In this document: positions 9,366-17,762 of the stretch, piece after piece
How positions within the stretch are numbered: the first letter of the stretch is position 1
Layout: the number at the start of each line of letters is the position of its first letter
Assembly (NCBI GenBank): GCA_021163765.1
Contig: JAGGTK010000099.1
Span: 16,089 to 80,088 of the forward strand
Length of the DNA stretch: 64,000 nt
From: a bacterium
GTDB taxonomy: Bacteria; 4484-113
Direction of reading: 5' to 3'
Translations under genes and position numbers: made by a program
The notes under the pieces: model-generated
Database searches by the model: none
The model's input: the letters and a program-made list of their open reading frames with translations, nothing else
Told to the model about the DNA's origin: nothing

Positions 9366-10910
9366 GTGGCCAAGCTGCTGGAACACAAAGCTAAAGAAAT
9401 ACTTGCCCGATTCGGAATCCCGGTGCCCCGGGGGGAGATTGCCGCCGATGCGGACGAAGCCGCAGCGGCAGCCGAGCGCATCGGATTCCCCGTTGTGCTT
9501 AAGGCTCAGGCATTCGTAACCGGCCGAGCGGGAAAAGGCCTGATACACTTCTGCGATAGCTCTGCCGAGGTGCGCGATGCCGCATCCGATGTGCTGGGGC
9601 GTACGGTCGGCGGCTTTCCCGTTGAAACCATCCTAATCGAGGAGAAGCTGCGCATAGCGTCAGAGCTCTTTGCAGCGTGCATGGTTACGGACGAAATACC
9701 GGGGCCGCTTGCCCTGCTCGCGGACCGTGGCGGCAGCGGCGTCGAGCAGATGGCGCGGGACGGCAAGGCCACGCTCGCAAGCCGCCCCTTTGACGCCACA
9801 ACGGGCCTGAAGCTCTACGAGGCCAGATCGCTGGCAGTTGAGTGCGGCATCACGGGAAAACAACTGTCCGCCGTGTCCGGCTTCCTGGTCAGGCTTGCGA
9901 AGGTGTTTCTCACCGAAGAAGCGAGGAGCCTTGAGGTCAACCCGCTCGTTATGACCGAGGGCGGGAAGGTTTTTGCGGCGGACTGCCATTTCTCAGTCGA
10001 CGACTACGCCGCAGGCCGCCACCCCGAGCTGGGAATCGAGATTGCGCGCGAAATCGGCCATCCCCCGACCGAGCTGGAGAAGATTGCCGCGGCATATGAG
10101 GCAACCGACCATCGCGGGACTTTCTACTTCCTGGAACTCAGCGCTGAAGGAGACCGGCCTGTGGGATTCCACGGTGCGGGCGGGGGTGGAAGCATGATGA
10201 GCATGGACGCGCTCGTCAGGCACGGCTTCACCGCCAAGAACTTCTGCGACACCAGCGGCAATCCCAGCGCAGCCAAAGTCTACCGCGCCTCCAAGCACAT
10301 CCTCGCGCAAGGCGGAATCGTCGGCTATTTCGCCAGCGGCAGCGGCGTTGCCAGCCAGGAGCAGTTCCACTCGGCCCGCGGCATGGTCAAGGCCTTCCGC
10401 GAGTGGCCGCTCAATGTCCCCGCGGTTATCCGGCTGGGCGGCAACAAGGAGGAGCTCGCCATTGAGATACTGGGGAAGTTCCTTTCCGACCTGCCGGTTC
10501 CCGTTGAAGCGTACGGGAAAGACGACAGCGCAGCGTTCTGCGCCGAGCGCCTGGACGCATTGGTCAAAGAGCATCCGCCGGTCGAGCCATACGACTGCAT
10601 TCCCACTGCCCGCACCGAGGTCGCAAAGGACGAATATGCATTCGATGTGCGCACCGGCACCATCAGTATCGACCACGCGATCTGCAGGAATTGTGAATCC
10701 AGGCCCTGCATCGAGAGCTGCCACGCCGAGATCCTGGAGATCGCTAACAGCGCCCCGCGTTTGAAGGAACCCGCTGAAGAATCAGCCCACCGCTGTACCG
10801 AGTGCCTGGCCTGTGAGCTTGCATGTTACGGGGCTGGAATGCGCTCAATCGCCATCAACCTTCCTATTCCCGGATTCGACGAGTATCTCGCAAAGCGGGG
10901 TGGGCAATGA
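9366..10910 (+). CDS. succinyl-CoA synthetase beta-like (ATP-grasp) ligase subunit fused to a C-terminal 2x[4Fe-4S]-type Cys domain; citryl-CoA-synthetase-like
   Basis: MAKLLEHKAKEILARFGIPVP...FPVVLKAQAFVTGRAGKG...GFHGAGGGGSMMSMDAL is collinear with SucC but divergent from it. The last ~80 aa carry CRNCESRPCIESC and CTECLACELAC. Confidence 0.65.
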   Translation: MAKLLEHKAKEILARFGIPVPRGEIAADADEAAAAAERIGFPVVLKAQAFVTGRAGKGLIHFCDSSAEVRDAASDVLGRTVGGFPVETILIEEKLRIASELFAACMVTDEIPGPLALLADRGGSGVEQMARDGKATLASRPFDATTGLKLYEARSLAVECGITGKQLSAVSGFLVRLAKVFLTEEARSLEVNPLVMTEGGKVFAADCHFSVDDYAAGRHPELGIEIAREIGHPPTELEKIAAAYEATDHRGTFYFLELSAEGDRPVGFHGAGGGGSMMSMDALVRHGFTAKNFCDTSGNPSAAKVYRASKHILAQGGIVGYFASGSGVASQEQFHSARGMVKAFREWPLNVPAVIRLGGNKEELAIEILGKFLSDLPVPVEAYGKDDSAAFCAERLDALVKEHPPVEPYDCIPTARTEVAKDEYAFDVRTGTISIDHAICRNCESRPCIESCHAEILEIANSAPRLKEPAEESAHRCTECLACELACYGAGMRSIAINLPIPGFDEYLAKRGGQ

Positions 10911-11815
10911 GCATCCTGGTAAACGAGAATACGCGGGTCATTGTGCAGGGGATTACCGGACGCGAAGGCCAGGTGAGGACGCGCCTTATGCAAGGCTATG
11001 GGCCGAGCGTCGCCGCGGGCGTCACACCGGGGCGAGGCGGCGAAGAAACGCTAGGGCTGCCCGTATTCGACACCGTCGCCGGCGCTGTGAATCAGGTGGG
11101 TGCGGTTGACGCAAGCGTGGTGTTCGTCCCGGCCACCTTAGCCGCAGACGCGGCAATGGAAGCTATGGACGCAGGCGTTAAGTTCGTCGTTATCGTGCCG
11201 GACCGGGTTCCGCTGCACGATGTGATGAAGCTCTGTAAGTTTGCCGAGGAGCACAATGCTCGGTTTCTCGGCCCAAATACACTTGGCTGCCTTTCGCCCG
11301 GCAAGGGAGTGCTGGGAATGATGGGCGGAAGCCCGGAGGCGGCGCGCGACTTCTTCGCGCCCGGCCGCGTTGGCGTGACCAGCCGCAGCGGCGGCATAAC
11401 ATCAAGCATCGCTTATTACCTGAAAAAAGCAGGCATCGGCACGAGCACAATAGTCCACGTCGGCGGAGACAGCATCGTCGGCCTGCCGCATCCAGAAATC
11501 CTCAGGCTGTTTGAGGAAGACGCAGAAACCGATGCTGTCGTGATGTTCGGCGAGATTGGGACGACGCAGGAAGAGCGCGTCGCTGAGATGATTAGGCGGG
11601 GGGATTTCACCAAACCGCTCGTTGCCTACATCGGGGGCAAGCAGGCTGAAGAAGGGACACGCTTCTCGCACGCCGGCGCCATCGTTGAAGGCGGCCGCGG
11701 TGACTACCAGAGCAAAGTCAGCGCGCTTGGCGATGCGGGAGCTGTCATCGTTGAGAGATTTGAGGATCTTCCGTCCGAAACCGCCAGAGTCCTTGCGGAG
11801 TTGAATGGAAAATGA
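10907..11815 (+). CDS. succinyl-CoA synthetase alpha-like (CoA-binding, phosphohistidine) subunit
   Basis: MSILVNENTRVIVQGITGREG...GVTPGRGG...TRFSHAGAIVEGG is collinear with SucD and retains the catalytic His loop. ATGA overlap with the upstream gene. Confidence 0.7.
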   Translation: MSILVNENTRVIVQGITGREGQVRTRLMQGYGPSVAAGVTPGRGGEETLGLPVFDTVAGAVNQVGAVDASVVFVPATLAADAAMEAMDAGVKFVVIVPDRVPLHDVMKLCKFAEEHNARFLGPNTLGCLSPGKGVLGMMGGSPEAARDFFAPGRVGVTSRSGGITSSIAYYLKKAGIGTSTIVHVGGDSIVGLPHPEILRLFEEDAETDAVVMFGEIGTTQEERVAEMIRRGDFTKPLVAYIGGKQAEEGTRFSHAGAIVEGGRGDYQSKVSALGDAGAVIVERFEDLPSETARVLAELNGK

Positions 11816-12597
11816 ACGATCAGACCTGGAAAACCGCCATCACGTCCATTGAGCCGAACGAGATTCGGCTGCGAGGATACCGCCTTGACGAGCTGCTTGG
11901 CAAAGCTAGCTTCGCGGGCGGCGTCTTTCTTCTCTTTCATGCGCGGCTGCCCGAACCCGCAGAAGAGAAGCTTTACGACTCCATGCTGCTTGCAAGCATT
12001 GACCACGGTATAACCCCGCCGTCGGCTCAGGCGGCAAGGCTTTCGGCCTCCACCGGAGCGCCGCTGAACGCTGCGCTCGCAGCAGGAATCCTGTCAATTA
12101 ACAAGTACCACGGAGCTGCAATCGAACCCGCGATGCGCGCACTCCTCGAACTGAAGGAGAAGCTCGATGCCTCCGGCCAGACGACCGGAGAGTTCGCCCG
12201 GGATTTCGTATCGCAAGCACTCGCGGAGAAGCGGCGCCTTTTCGGATACGGCCACCGCATCCATACGCAGGACCCGCGCACCCAGCGCCTGTTCGATCTT
12301 GCCGCGGCCGCAGGCAAGGACGGCGTTTATCTGAAGCTCGCTAGAGCTATCGGCGAGGAGCTGAGCAGCCAGAGCGGGCGCAAACTCCCGCTTAATGTTG
12401 ACGGCGCTATCGCGGCGCTGCTGTGCGAGCTGCAATTCCCCGTGGAGGTGTGCAACTTCTTTTTCATACTTCCCCGAGTCGCAGGCATGACGGCGCACTT
12501 CCTCGAAGAGGTTACGCGGGAAAAGCCTATGCGCCGGATTGATTCTGGCAAGGCTGAGTATGACGGGCCGACCGCAAGGCCGCTGGGGGGCGAGTGA
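11812..12597 (+). CDS. short citrate-synthase-family protein, citryl-CoA lyase-like
   Basis: At 261 aa it is much shorter than a citrate synthase. FGYGHRIHTQDPR and LPLNVDGAIAALL correspond to the catalytic His and Asp regions of the family. ATGA overlap upstream. Confidence 0.6.
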   Translation: MNDQTWKTAITSIEPNEIRLRGYRLDELLGKASFAGGVFLLFHARLPEPAEEKLYDSMLLASIDHGITPPSAQAARLSASTGAPLNAALAAGILSINKYHGAAIEPAMRALLELKEKLDASGQTTGEFARDFVSQALAEKRRLFGYGHRIHTQDPRTQRLFDLAAAAGKDGVYLKLARAIGEELSSQSGRKLPLNVDGAIAALLCELQFPVEVCNFFFILPRVAGMTAHFLEEVTREKPMRRIDSGKAEYDGPTARPLGGE

Positions 12598-13148
12598 TGA
12601 AAGACGAATTACTGGCAGCCATTCCTGAACTCCGCGAAATAGAGAACGAAATCCTGCGAGACCAGTGCGTGAGCGCTTTCCTGGACGCTATGCACATTGC
12701 AGGCAGGACGCCTGCCGAGCTGGCGGAGATGCCGTTTACGCTGCTCATCAGCCCGTGTTCCATCAGTTTCGTGGATCACACACGGCGCGTGACGCGCACC
12801 GCCCTGGCAATCGCTGAAGTTCTTGCGGATAACTGGCAGGGCGAGGACGCGATGGAGTTTGACCGTGATATTCTGCTCGCGACCGCGCTGCTCCATGACG
12901 TGGGCAAGATCCTCGAATACGAGCGCGAGCCCGGCGGCAACTGGCGCAAGAGCGAATGCGGCAAGCTCCTCCGGCACCCGGTGTCCGGCGCGGGGATATG
13001 CATGAAATGGGGCCTGCCCGACCGGGTTGTGCATGGCGTGATGTACCACAGCCATGAGGGCGACGGCAATCGCGCAACGCTGGAGGCGGTTATTGTCAAC
13101 CACGCCGACTTTCTGAATTTCGAACCACTGAAACTCAAGTATGGGTAA
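12594..13148 (+). CDS. HD-domain metal-dependent phosphohydrolase
   Basis: FVDHTRRV...TALLHDVGKILE...RHP...YHSHEGD...NHAD forms an H..HD..H..D pattern. Overlaps both neighbours. Confidence 0.7.
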   Translation: MMKDELLAAIPELREIENEILRDQCVSAFLDAMHIAGRTPAELAEMPFTLLISPCSISFVDHTRRVTRTALAIAEVLADNWQGEDAMEFDRDILLATALLHDVGKILEYEREPGGNWRKSECGKLLRHPVSGAGICMKWGLPDRVVHGVMYHSHEGDGNRATLEAVIVNHADFLNFEPLKLKYG

Positions 13149-14391
13149 AACGTTTTCCGAGAAGGTCTTCAGCAGCAAAGCGGGCAGGGACGTTAGCGCC
13201 GGCGAAATCGTCACGCTGGAGCCCGACTATATACTGACCCACGATAACACTGCCGCCATACTGAAGAAACTTCCGGAAATCGGCGCGGCAAGGCTAAAGT
13301 ATCCGGAACGCGCAGTCGTCGTGCTCGATCACGTTACGCCCGCCGCCGATAGCACGCATGCGGCAAACCACAAGTCAATACGCGCGTTCGTCGCCGAGCA
13401 GGGCATCAATAACTTCTACGATGTCGGGCGGGGAGTGTGCCACCAGATCATGGTGGAGGAGCATTACGCGTACCCGGGCAAGCTCATACTGGGCAGCGAC
13501 TCGCACACAACCACAGCGGGCGCCGTCGGAGCCTTCGCCGCGGGTATCGGGCGCACCGAAGCTGCTGGCATCTGGGTGACCGGCGAACTATGGCTGCGCT
13601 GCCCCGAAACGATGCGGATATCGCTCAGCGGCAAGCTGCGCAGCTATGCTTCGGCAAAGGACCTGGCGCTGACGCTCATCGGCCGCATCGGCGCGGATGG
13701 TGCCATATACCGCGCAGTTGAGTTCTCCTGCGAGAATGATGACCAGTTCTCGGTCTCCGACCGTATGGTCCTCTGCAACCTTGCAGCCGAGATGGGAGCG
13801 AAGAATGGGTACTTCGCCCCGGATGAAACTGTTGCGGAATACCTGGGTGAAACCGGCAGCGACTTCAGCCACCTGCGCTCTGACGCGGATGCTCATTACA
13901 TTGAGGAACTGGCTTTCAACCTTGCCGAGATTGAGCCGGTCGTTGCCGCCCCGCACGCTGTCGACAACGTTCATCCTGCTGTAGAGCTAGCTGGGAAACG
14001 CATCGACCAGGCCCTACTCGGAACGTGCACTAACGGACGCATTGAGGACTTGCGGACAGCGGCGATAGTCCTGGAAGGGCGAACAGTTTCCAGCCATGTC
14101 CGGCTACTCGTATTCCCCGCTTCCGCGAAAGTCTACCGCCAGGCGCTGGATGAAGGGATAGTGCGCACGCTGCTCGACGCGGGTGCTGTCTGGATGAACC
14201 CCGGATGCGGGCCGTGCCTGGGCGCACACGAAGGCGCGCTTGCGCCCGGCGAAGCCTGCATTTCCACCGCTAACCGCAACTTTAAGGGAAGAATGGGGCA
14301 TCCTGACTCGGAGATCTACCTTGCCAGCCCGGCTACGGTGGCCGCCAGCGCCATCGCAGGGGAAATCGCGCCACCGGAGGAGTACTTCTGA
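13141..14391 (+). CDS. aconitase-family dehydratase large subunit (LeuC/HacA type)
   Basis: 416 aa. LTHDNT, GSDSHTTTAGA, GTCTNGRIEDL, CGPCLG and NRNFKGRMG are the Fe-S ligand and substrate motifs of the 3-isopropylmalate/homoaconitate dehydratase family. Confidence 0.8.
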   Translation: MGKTFSEKVFSSKAGRDVSAGEIVTLEPDYILTHDNTAAILKKLPEIGAARLKYPERAVVVLDHVTPAADSTHAANHKSIRAFVAEQGINNFYDVGRGVCHQIMVEEHYAYPGKLILGSDSHTTTAGAVGAFAAGIGRTEAAGIWVTGELWLRCPETMRISLSGKLRSYASAKDLALTLIGRIGADGAIYRAVEFSCENDDQFSVSDRMVLCNLAAEMGAKNGYFAPDETVAEYLGETGSDFSHLRSDADAHYIEELAFNLAEIEPVVAAPHAVDNVHPAVELAGKRIDQALLGTCTNGRIEDLRTAAIVLEGRTVSSHVRLLVFPASAKVYRQALDEGIVRTLLDAGAVWMNPGCGPCLGAHEGALAPGEACISTANRNFKGRMGHPDSEIYLASPATVAASAIAGEIAPPEEYF

Positions 14392-14873
14392 TGGGCCGCG
14401 TCTTCAAGTATGGTGACGACGTGAACACCGATGTGCTGTTCCCCGGCAAACACACCTATACCGTCAGCGATCCCCTGGAGATGGCGCAACACGCCTTAGA
14501 AGACCTCGATCCGGCGTTTGCGAAAGAGGTGAAGCCCGGCGACATCATCGTGGCGGGGAGCAATTTCGGGTGCGGCAGCAGCCGCGAGCAGGCTGTCCTG
14601 GCACTGAAATACGCAGGAGTCACCGCAGTCATCGCAGAAAGCTTCGCCCGCATCTACTACCGCAACTGCATCAACAGCGGCCTGCCAGCACTGGCGCTGC
14701 CCGAAGCTGTTAGTGCGCTAAATGACGGAGACGAAGCAGAAGCAGATTTAGCGGCAGGCGTGGTCAAAACCAGCAAAGGCGATTTCTCATTTGCTCCCTT
14801 ACCGCCCGAGGTCCAGGCGATACTCGACGCGGGCGGGCTTATAGAATATTTGCGCAAACGGTTCGCCCGATGA
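14391..14873 (+). CDS. aconitase-family dehydratase small subunit (short LeuD/HacB type)
   Basis: 160 aa. [13 protein letters not shown]...[13 protein letters not shown]...[17 protein letters not shown] overlap with the large subunit. Confidence 0.8.
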   Translation: MGRVFKYGDDVNTDVLFPGKHTYTVSDPLEMAQHALEDLDPAFAKEVKPGDIIVAGSNFGCGSSREQAVLALKYAGVTAVIAESFARIYYRNCINSGLPALALPEAVSALNDGDEAEADLAAGVVKTSKGDFSFAPLPPEVQAILDAGGLIEYLRKRFAR

Positions 14874-14892
14874 ACCACCAGGAGGATTCTGC

Positions 14893-16017
14893 ATGGCCAA
14901 ATACCGCATAGCCTGGCTGCCAGGCGACGGAGTCGGAAGAGACGTAATGGAGGCTGCGGGCATAGTGCTCGATGCCATCAGACTCGATGCCGAGCGCATC
15001 CCCGCTGACGTCGGCTGGGAGTTCTGGTGCAACGAAGGCACTCCGCTGCCCGAACGCACGAAAGAAGTCCTGCGGCAGACGGATTGCGCCCTGTTCGGCG
15101 CCATCACCAGCAAGCCGCGTGATGAAGCCGTACACGAGCTAGCACCGGAGCTGCAAGACAAGGGCTACTCATATTTCTCGCCCATCGTGCAGATTCGCCA
15201 GGAGTTCAACCTTCACACTAATCTGCGGCCCTGCAAGGCTTTTCCGGGTAATCCGTTGAACTACCGGGACGACATAGACCTGGTTGTGTTCCGCGAGAAC
15301 ACTGAAGACCTCTATGCTGGCGTCGAGTGGTTCCCGCTGCCCGATGGCGTAAGAAAGGCCATAGACACGCACCCGAAGATGAAGCGCTTCGCCAGTGTTC
15401 CCAACGAGGAGATTGCGGTGAGCCTCCGTCTCAACACGGTGAAAGGATGCGAGAGCATTGCGCGGCAGGCCTTTGAATACGCCCGCAAGCACAACCGCAA
15501 GCGCGTGACCATTGTTGAGAAGCCGAACGTCATCCGCGAAACTAGCGGCCTGATGGTGAGATCTGCCAGGAAGGCCGCTGCTGACTATGCCGACATCCGC
15601 TTCGATGAAGCTAACATAGACGCGATGTGCATGTGGCTGGTTAAGAACCCGCAGGATTATGACGTCCTCATCGCTAGCAACATGTTTGGCGACATCATCA
15701 GCGACCTGGCGGGCCAGCTCGTTGGCGGGCTGGGCTTTGCCTGCAGCGGGAATCTGGGTGATGAATACGCGCTGTTTGAGCCTACGCACGGAAGCGCACC
15801 GAAATACGCCGGCCTGTACAAGGTCAACCCCATGGCTATGTTGCTTTCCGTGAAGCTGATGCTCGACTGGCTCGGCGAAACAGGAAGTGCAGGCCTATTG
15901 GAGCAGGCGATTGCAGCCGTGATTGCCGAAGGCAGGATTCGGACGTATGATATGGGTGGCAGTAACTCTACGCTTGATGTCGCGGAAGAAGTAGCACACA
16001 AAATTACGGGGGGATAG
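14893..16017 (+). CDS. isocitrate/isopropylmalate/homoisocitrate dehydrogenase family protein
   Basis: IAWLPGDGVGRDV, LRPCK, RENTEDLYAG, NMFGDIISDLAGQLVGGLG and EPTHGSAPKYAG. The substrate cannot be assigned from the sequence alone. Confidence 0.8.
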   Translation: MAKYRIAWLPGDGVGRDVMEAAGIVLDAIRLDAERIPADVGWEFWCNEGTPLPERTKEVLRQTDCALFGAITSKPRDEAVHELAPELQDKGYSYFSPIVQIRQEFNLHTNLRPCKAFPGNPLNYRDDIDLVVFRENTEDLYAGVEWFPLPDGVRKAIDTHPKMKRFASVPNEEIAVSLRLNTVKGCESIARQAFEYARKHNRKRVTIVEKPNVIRETSGLMVRSARKAAADYADIRFDEANIDAMCMWLVKNPQDYDVLIASNMFGDIISDLAGQLVGGLGFACSGNLGDEYALFEPTHGSAPKYAGLYKVNPMAMLLSVKLMLDWLGETGSAGLLEQAIAAVIAEGRIRTYDMGGSNSTLDVAEEVAHKITGG

Positions 16018-17148
16018 ATGAAGGCTATTGTTCTCGGTTGCGGCCTTGTGGGAAATGAGATTGCGCGCGACCTGGCGCGGGGCAACGATTTCGCCGTAAC
16101 AGCGGTCGACATCAATGCGGGCGCGCTGAGTGCACTGGGCGACGTGCCCGGCATCACCACTATTGAGGCGAATCTCGCTGAGAGAGATAATCTCATCCAG
16201 CTTGTCAAGGAACACGACATCGCAGCAGTTGCAGTCCCCGGCTTCATGGGGTATCAGACGCTTGAAGCTGTCATCGAGGCTGGGACACACGCTGTAGACA
16301 TCTCCTTTACGCCGGAGGACACGCTGGAGCTGCACGACCGCGCACTCAAAGCGGGTGTCATCGCCGTTGTAGACTGTGGTGTTGCTCCGGGGCTGTCCCA
16401 CGTCCTGGTTGCAGACGCATCCTCACAGCTTGATACCGTTGAGCTGGTAGCCATATACGCAGGGGGATTGCCCGCCAACCCGGAGCCACCCTGGAATTAC
16501 AAGGCGGTTTTCTCGCCGCTGGACGTAATCGAGGAGTACACACGGCCTGCGCGGATCGTCCAAGAGGGCGAGATTGTTACCGTAGACGCGCTATCGGAAG
16601 TGGAGTTCATCCAGCTCCCTGGCATCGGGACCCTTGAGGCTTTTGCCAGCGACGGTTTGCGCTCGCTGTTGACGACAATAAAGGCCGACCGGATGTTCGA
16701 GAAAACTCTGCGTTATCCCGGACATGCGGAGAAGATGCGCAGCCTTCGTGAAGCAGGAATGTTCGGCAAGGATGCCATAGAGGTAGGCGGCGTTGCCGTC
16801 AGGCCCATCGAGGTTATCAGCAAGCTGCTCTTCCCCAGCTGGAAGCTCCGCGAAGGCGATGAGGACATAACCGTCTTACGCGTCATCGTAGAAGGAATGA
16901 AGAACGGCCAGAAGCTCAGCTATACATATGATCTAGCTGACCATTACGACAGAGAGCATCAGATTACATCTATGGCGAGGTCGACGGGCTACATGGCCAC
17001 ATCAGTTGTAAGGCTCATACGCGATGGCGCTTTCACCCGCAAGGGCATCTCCCCACCGGAGTCCCTGGGCATGGAGGAGAGCTGCTATCGCACGCTAATG
17101 CAGTTGCTCGACGCACGCGGGGTCGTAGTCAAACAGCGCGCCGGTTGA
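16018..17148 (+). CDS. saccharopine dehydrogenase family NAD(P)-binding protein
   Basis: An N-terminal Rossmann motif VLGCGLVGNEIARDL and a ~376 aa layout (..VDCGVAPGLSH..RYPGH..) resemble the saccharopine/lysine dehydrogenase-like family. The start abuts the upstream stop. Confidence 0.65.
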   Translation: MKAIVLGCGLVGNEIARDLARGNDFAVTAVDINAGALSALGDVPGITTIEANLAERDNLIQLVKEHDIAAVAVPGFMGYQTLEAVIEAGTHAVDISFTPEDTLELHDRALKAGVIAVVDCGVAPGLSHVLVADASSQLDTVELVAIYAGGLPANPEPPWNYKAVFSPLDVIEEYTRPARIVQEGEIVTVDALSEVEFIQLPGIGTLEAFASDGLRSLLTTIKADRMFEKTLRYPGHAEKMRSLREAGMFGKDAIEVGGVAVRPIEVISKLLFPSWKLREGDEDITVLRVIVEGMKNGQKLSYTYDLADHYDREHQITSMARSTGYMATSVVRLIRDGAFTRKGISPPESLGMEESCYRTLMQLLDARGVVVKQRAG

Positions 17149-17213
17149 GTTTGCACTACCGCCAACTTCCACCCAGGCTATCTCCAAGTACGTGGGTGTG
17201 TCATAATAGAGCA

Positions 17214-17762
17214 CTAGGTTTCTTCCCAGGGAATAGCCTTAAGCCTATGCTTTGTTCGCCTGGCGTTGATTGCTTCTAGGTGGGATCGCGCTTTACTCCG
17301 ATTAAGCGCACCAGTTGCTATTAGCTTCTTCAAGCACCGCACTGTATTGAACATCTTAGACTGGTTAATTCCTACATCACGAGCAACTTTGCTCATGGGA
17401 GTATCCTCAAACAGCAGAATCATCCCTCTGCAATATGCTAACGCTACGACCTCCCTGTCTACTTCGCTCACCTCCTTTCCAAAAGCTCTCTTCTCAAAGA
17501 TGGCGGCACGGAAGCTCTCATCAATAGTGGGTTGAATGACACTAATAAGCCCCCGACGTTTTAAGTCCCCAACAAGCACACGCTGCTTAGGTCTTATTAT
17601 CTCTCTTTCAATCTGAGGAGTAATGGCTAAACCTCCAAATGCAACGGCTAATTGCTCCAGGCAGTTAATGTTGATGAAGCTAAAGAGGATGCTTGAATCG
17701 ACAAGAACACGAGCCGATAGAAACTCAGGCCGGTCGCTTCCCCCACTCGACCTGTCACGCAT
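17214..17762 (-). CDS. PIN-domain-like protein (putative toxin/RNase)
   Basis: VLVDSSILFSF...EVDREVVALA...LFEDTP gives the acidic-residue spacing of PIN domains. It overlaps the upstream XRE-ImmA gene by 8 nt and lies in an AT-richer segment. Confidence 0.5.
   Translation of the reverse strand: MRDRSSGGSDRPEFLSARVLVDSSILFSFININCLEQLAVAFGGLAITPQIEREIIRPKQRVLVGDLKRRGLISVIQPTIDESFRAAIFEKRAFGKEVSEVDREVVALAYCRGMILLFEDTPMSKVARDVGINQSKMFNTVRCLKKLIATGALNRSKARSHLEAINARRTKHRLKAIPWEET

Noticed and set aside
9366-17148. Interpreting the operon as a classical alpha-aminoadipate lysine pathway, because of the homoaconitase-like pair, the IDH-family enzyme and the saccharopine-dehydrogenase-family gene.
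   Set aside because: No LeuA/NifV-type homocitrate synthase, LysW/LysX-type carrier genes or aminoadipate-semialdehyde enzymes are present. A DapL-like aminotransferase elsewhere in the window points to the diaminopimelate route. I kept it only as one speculative variant in the finding.
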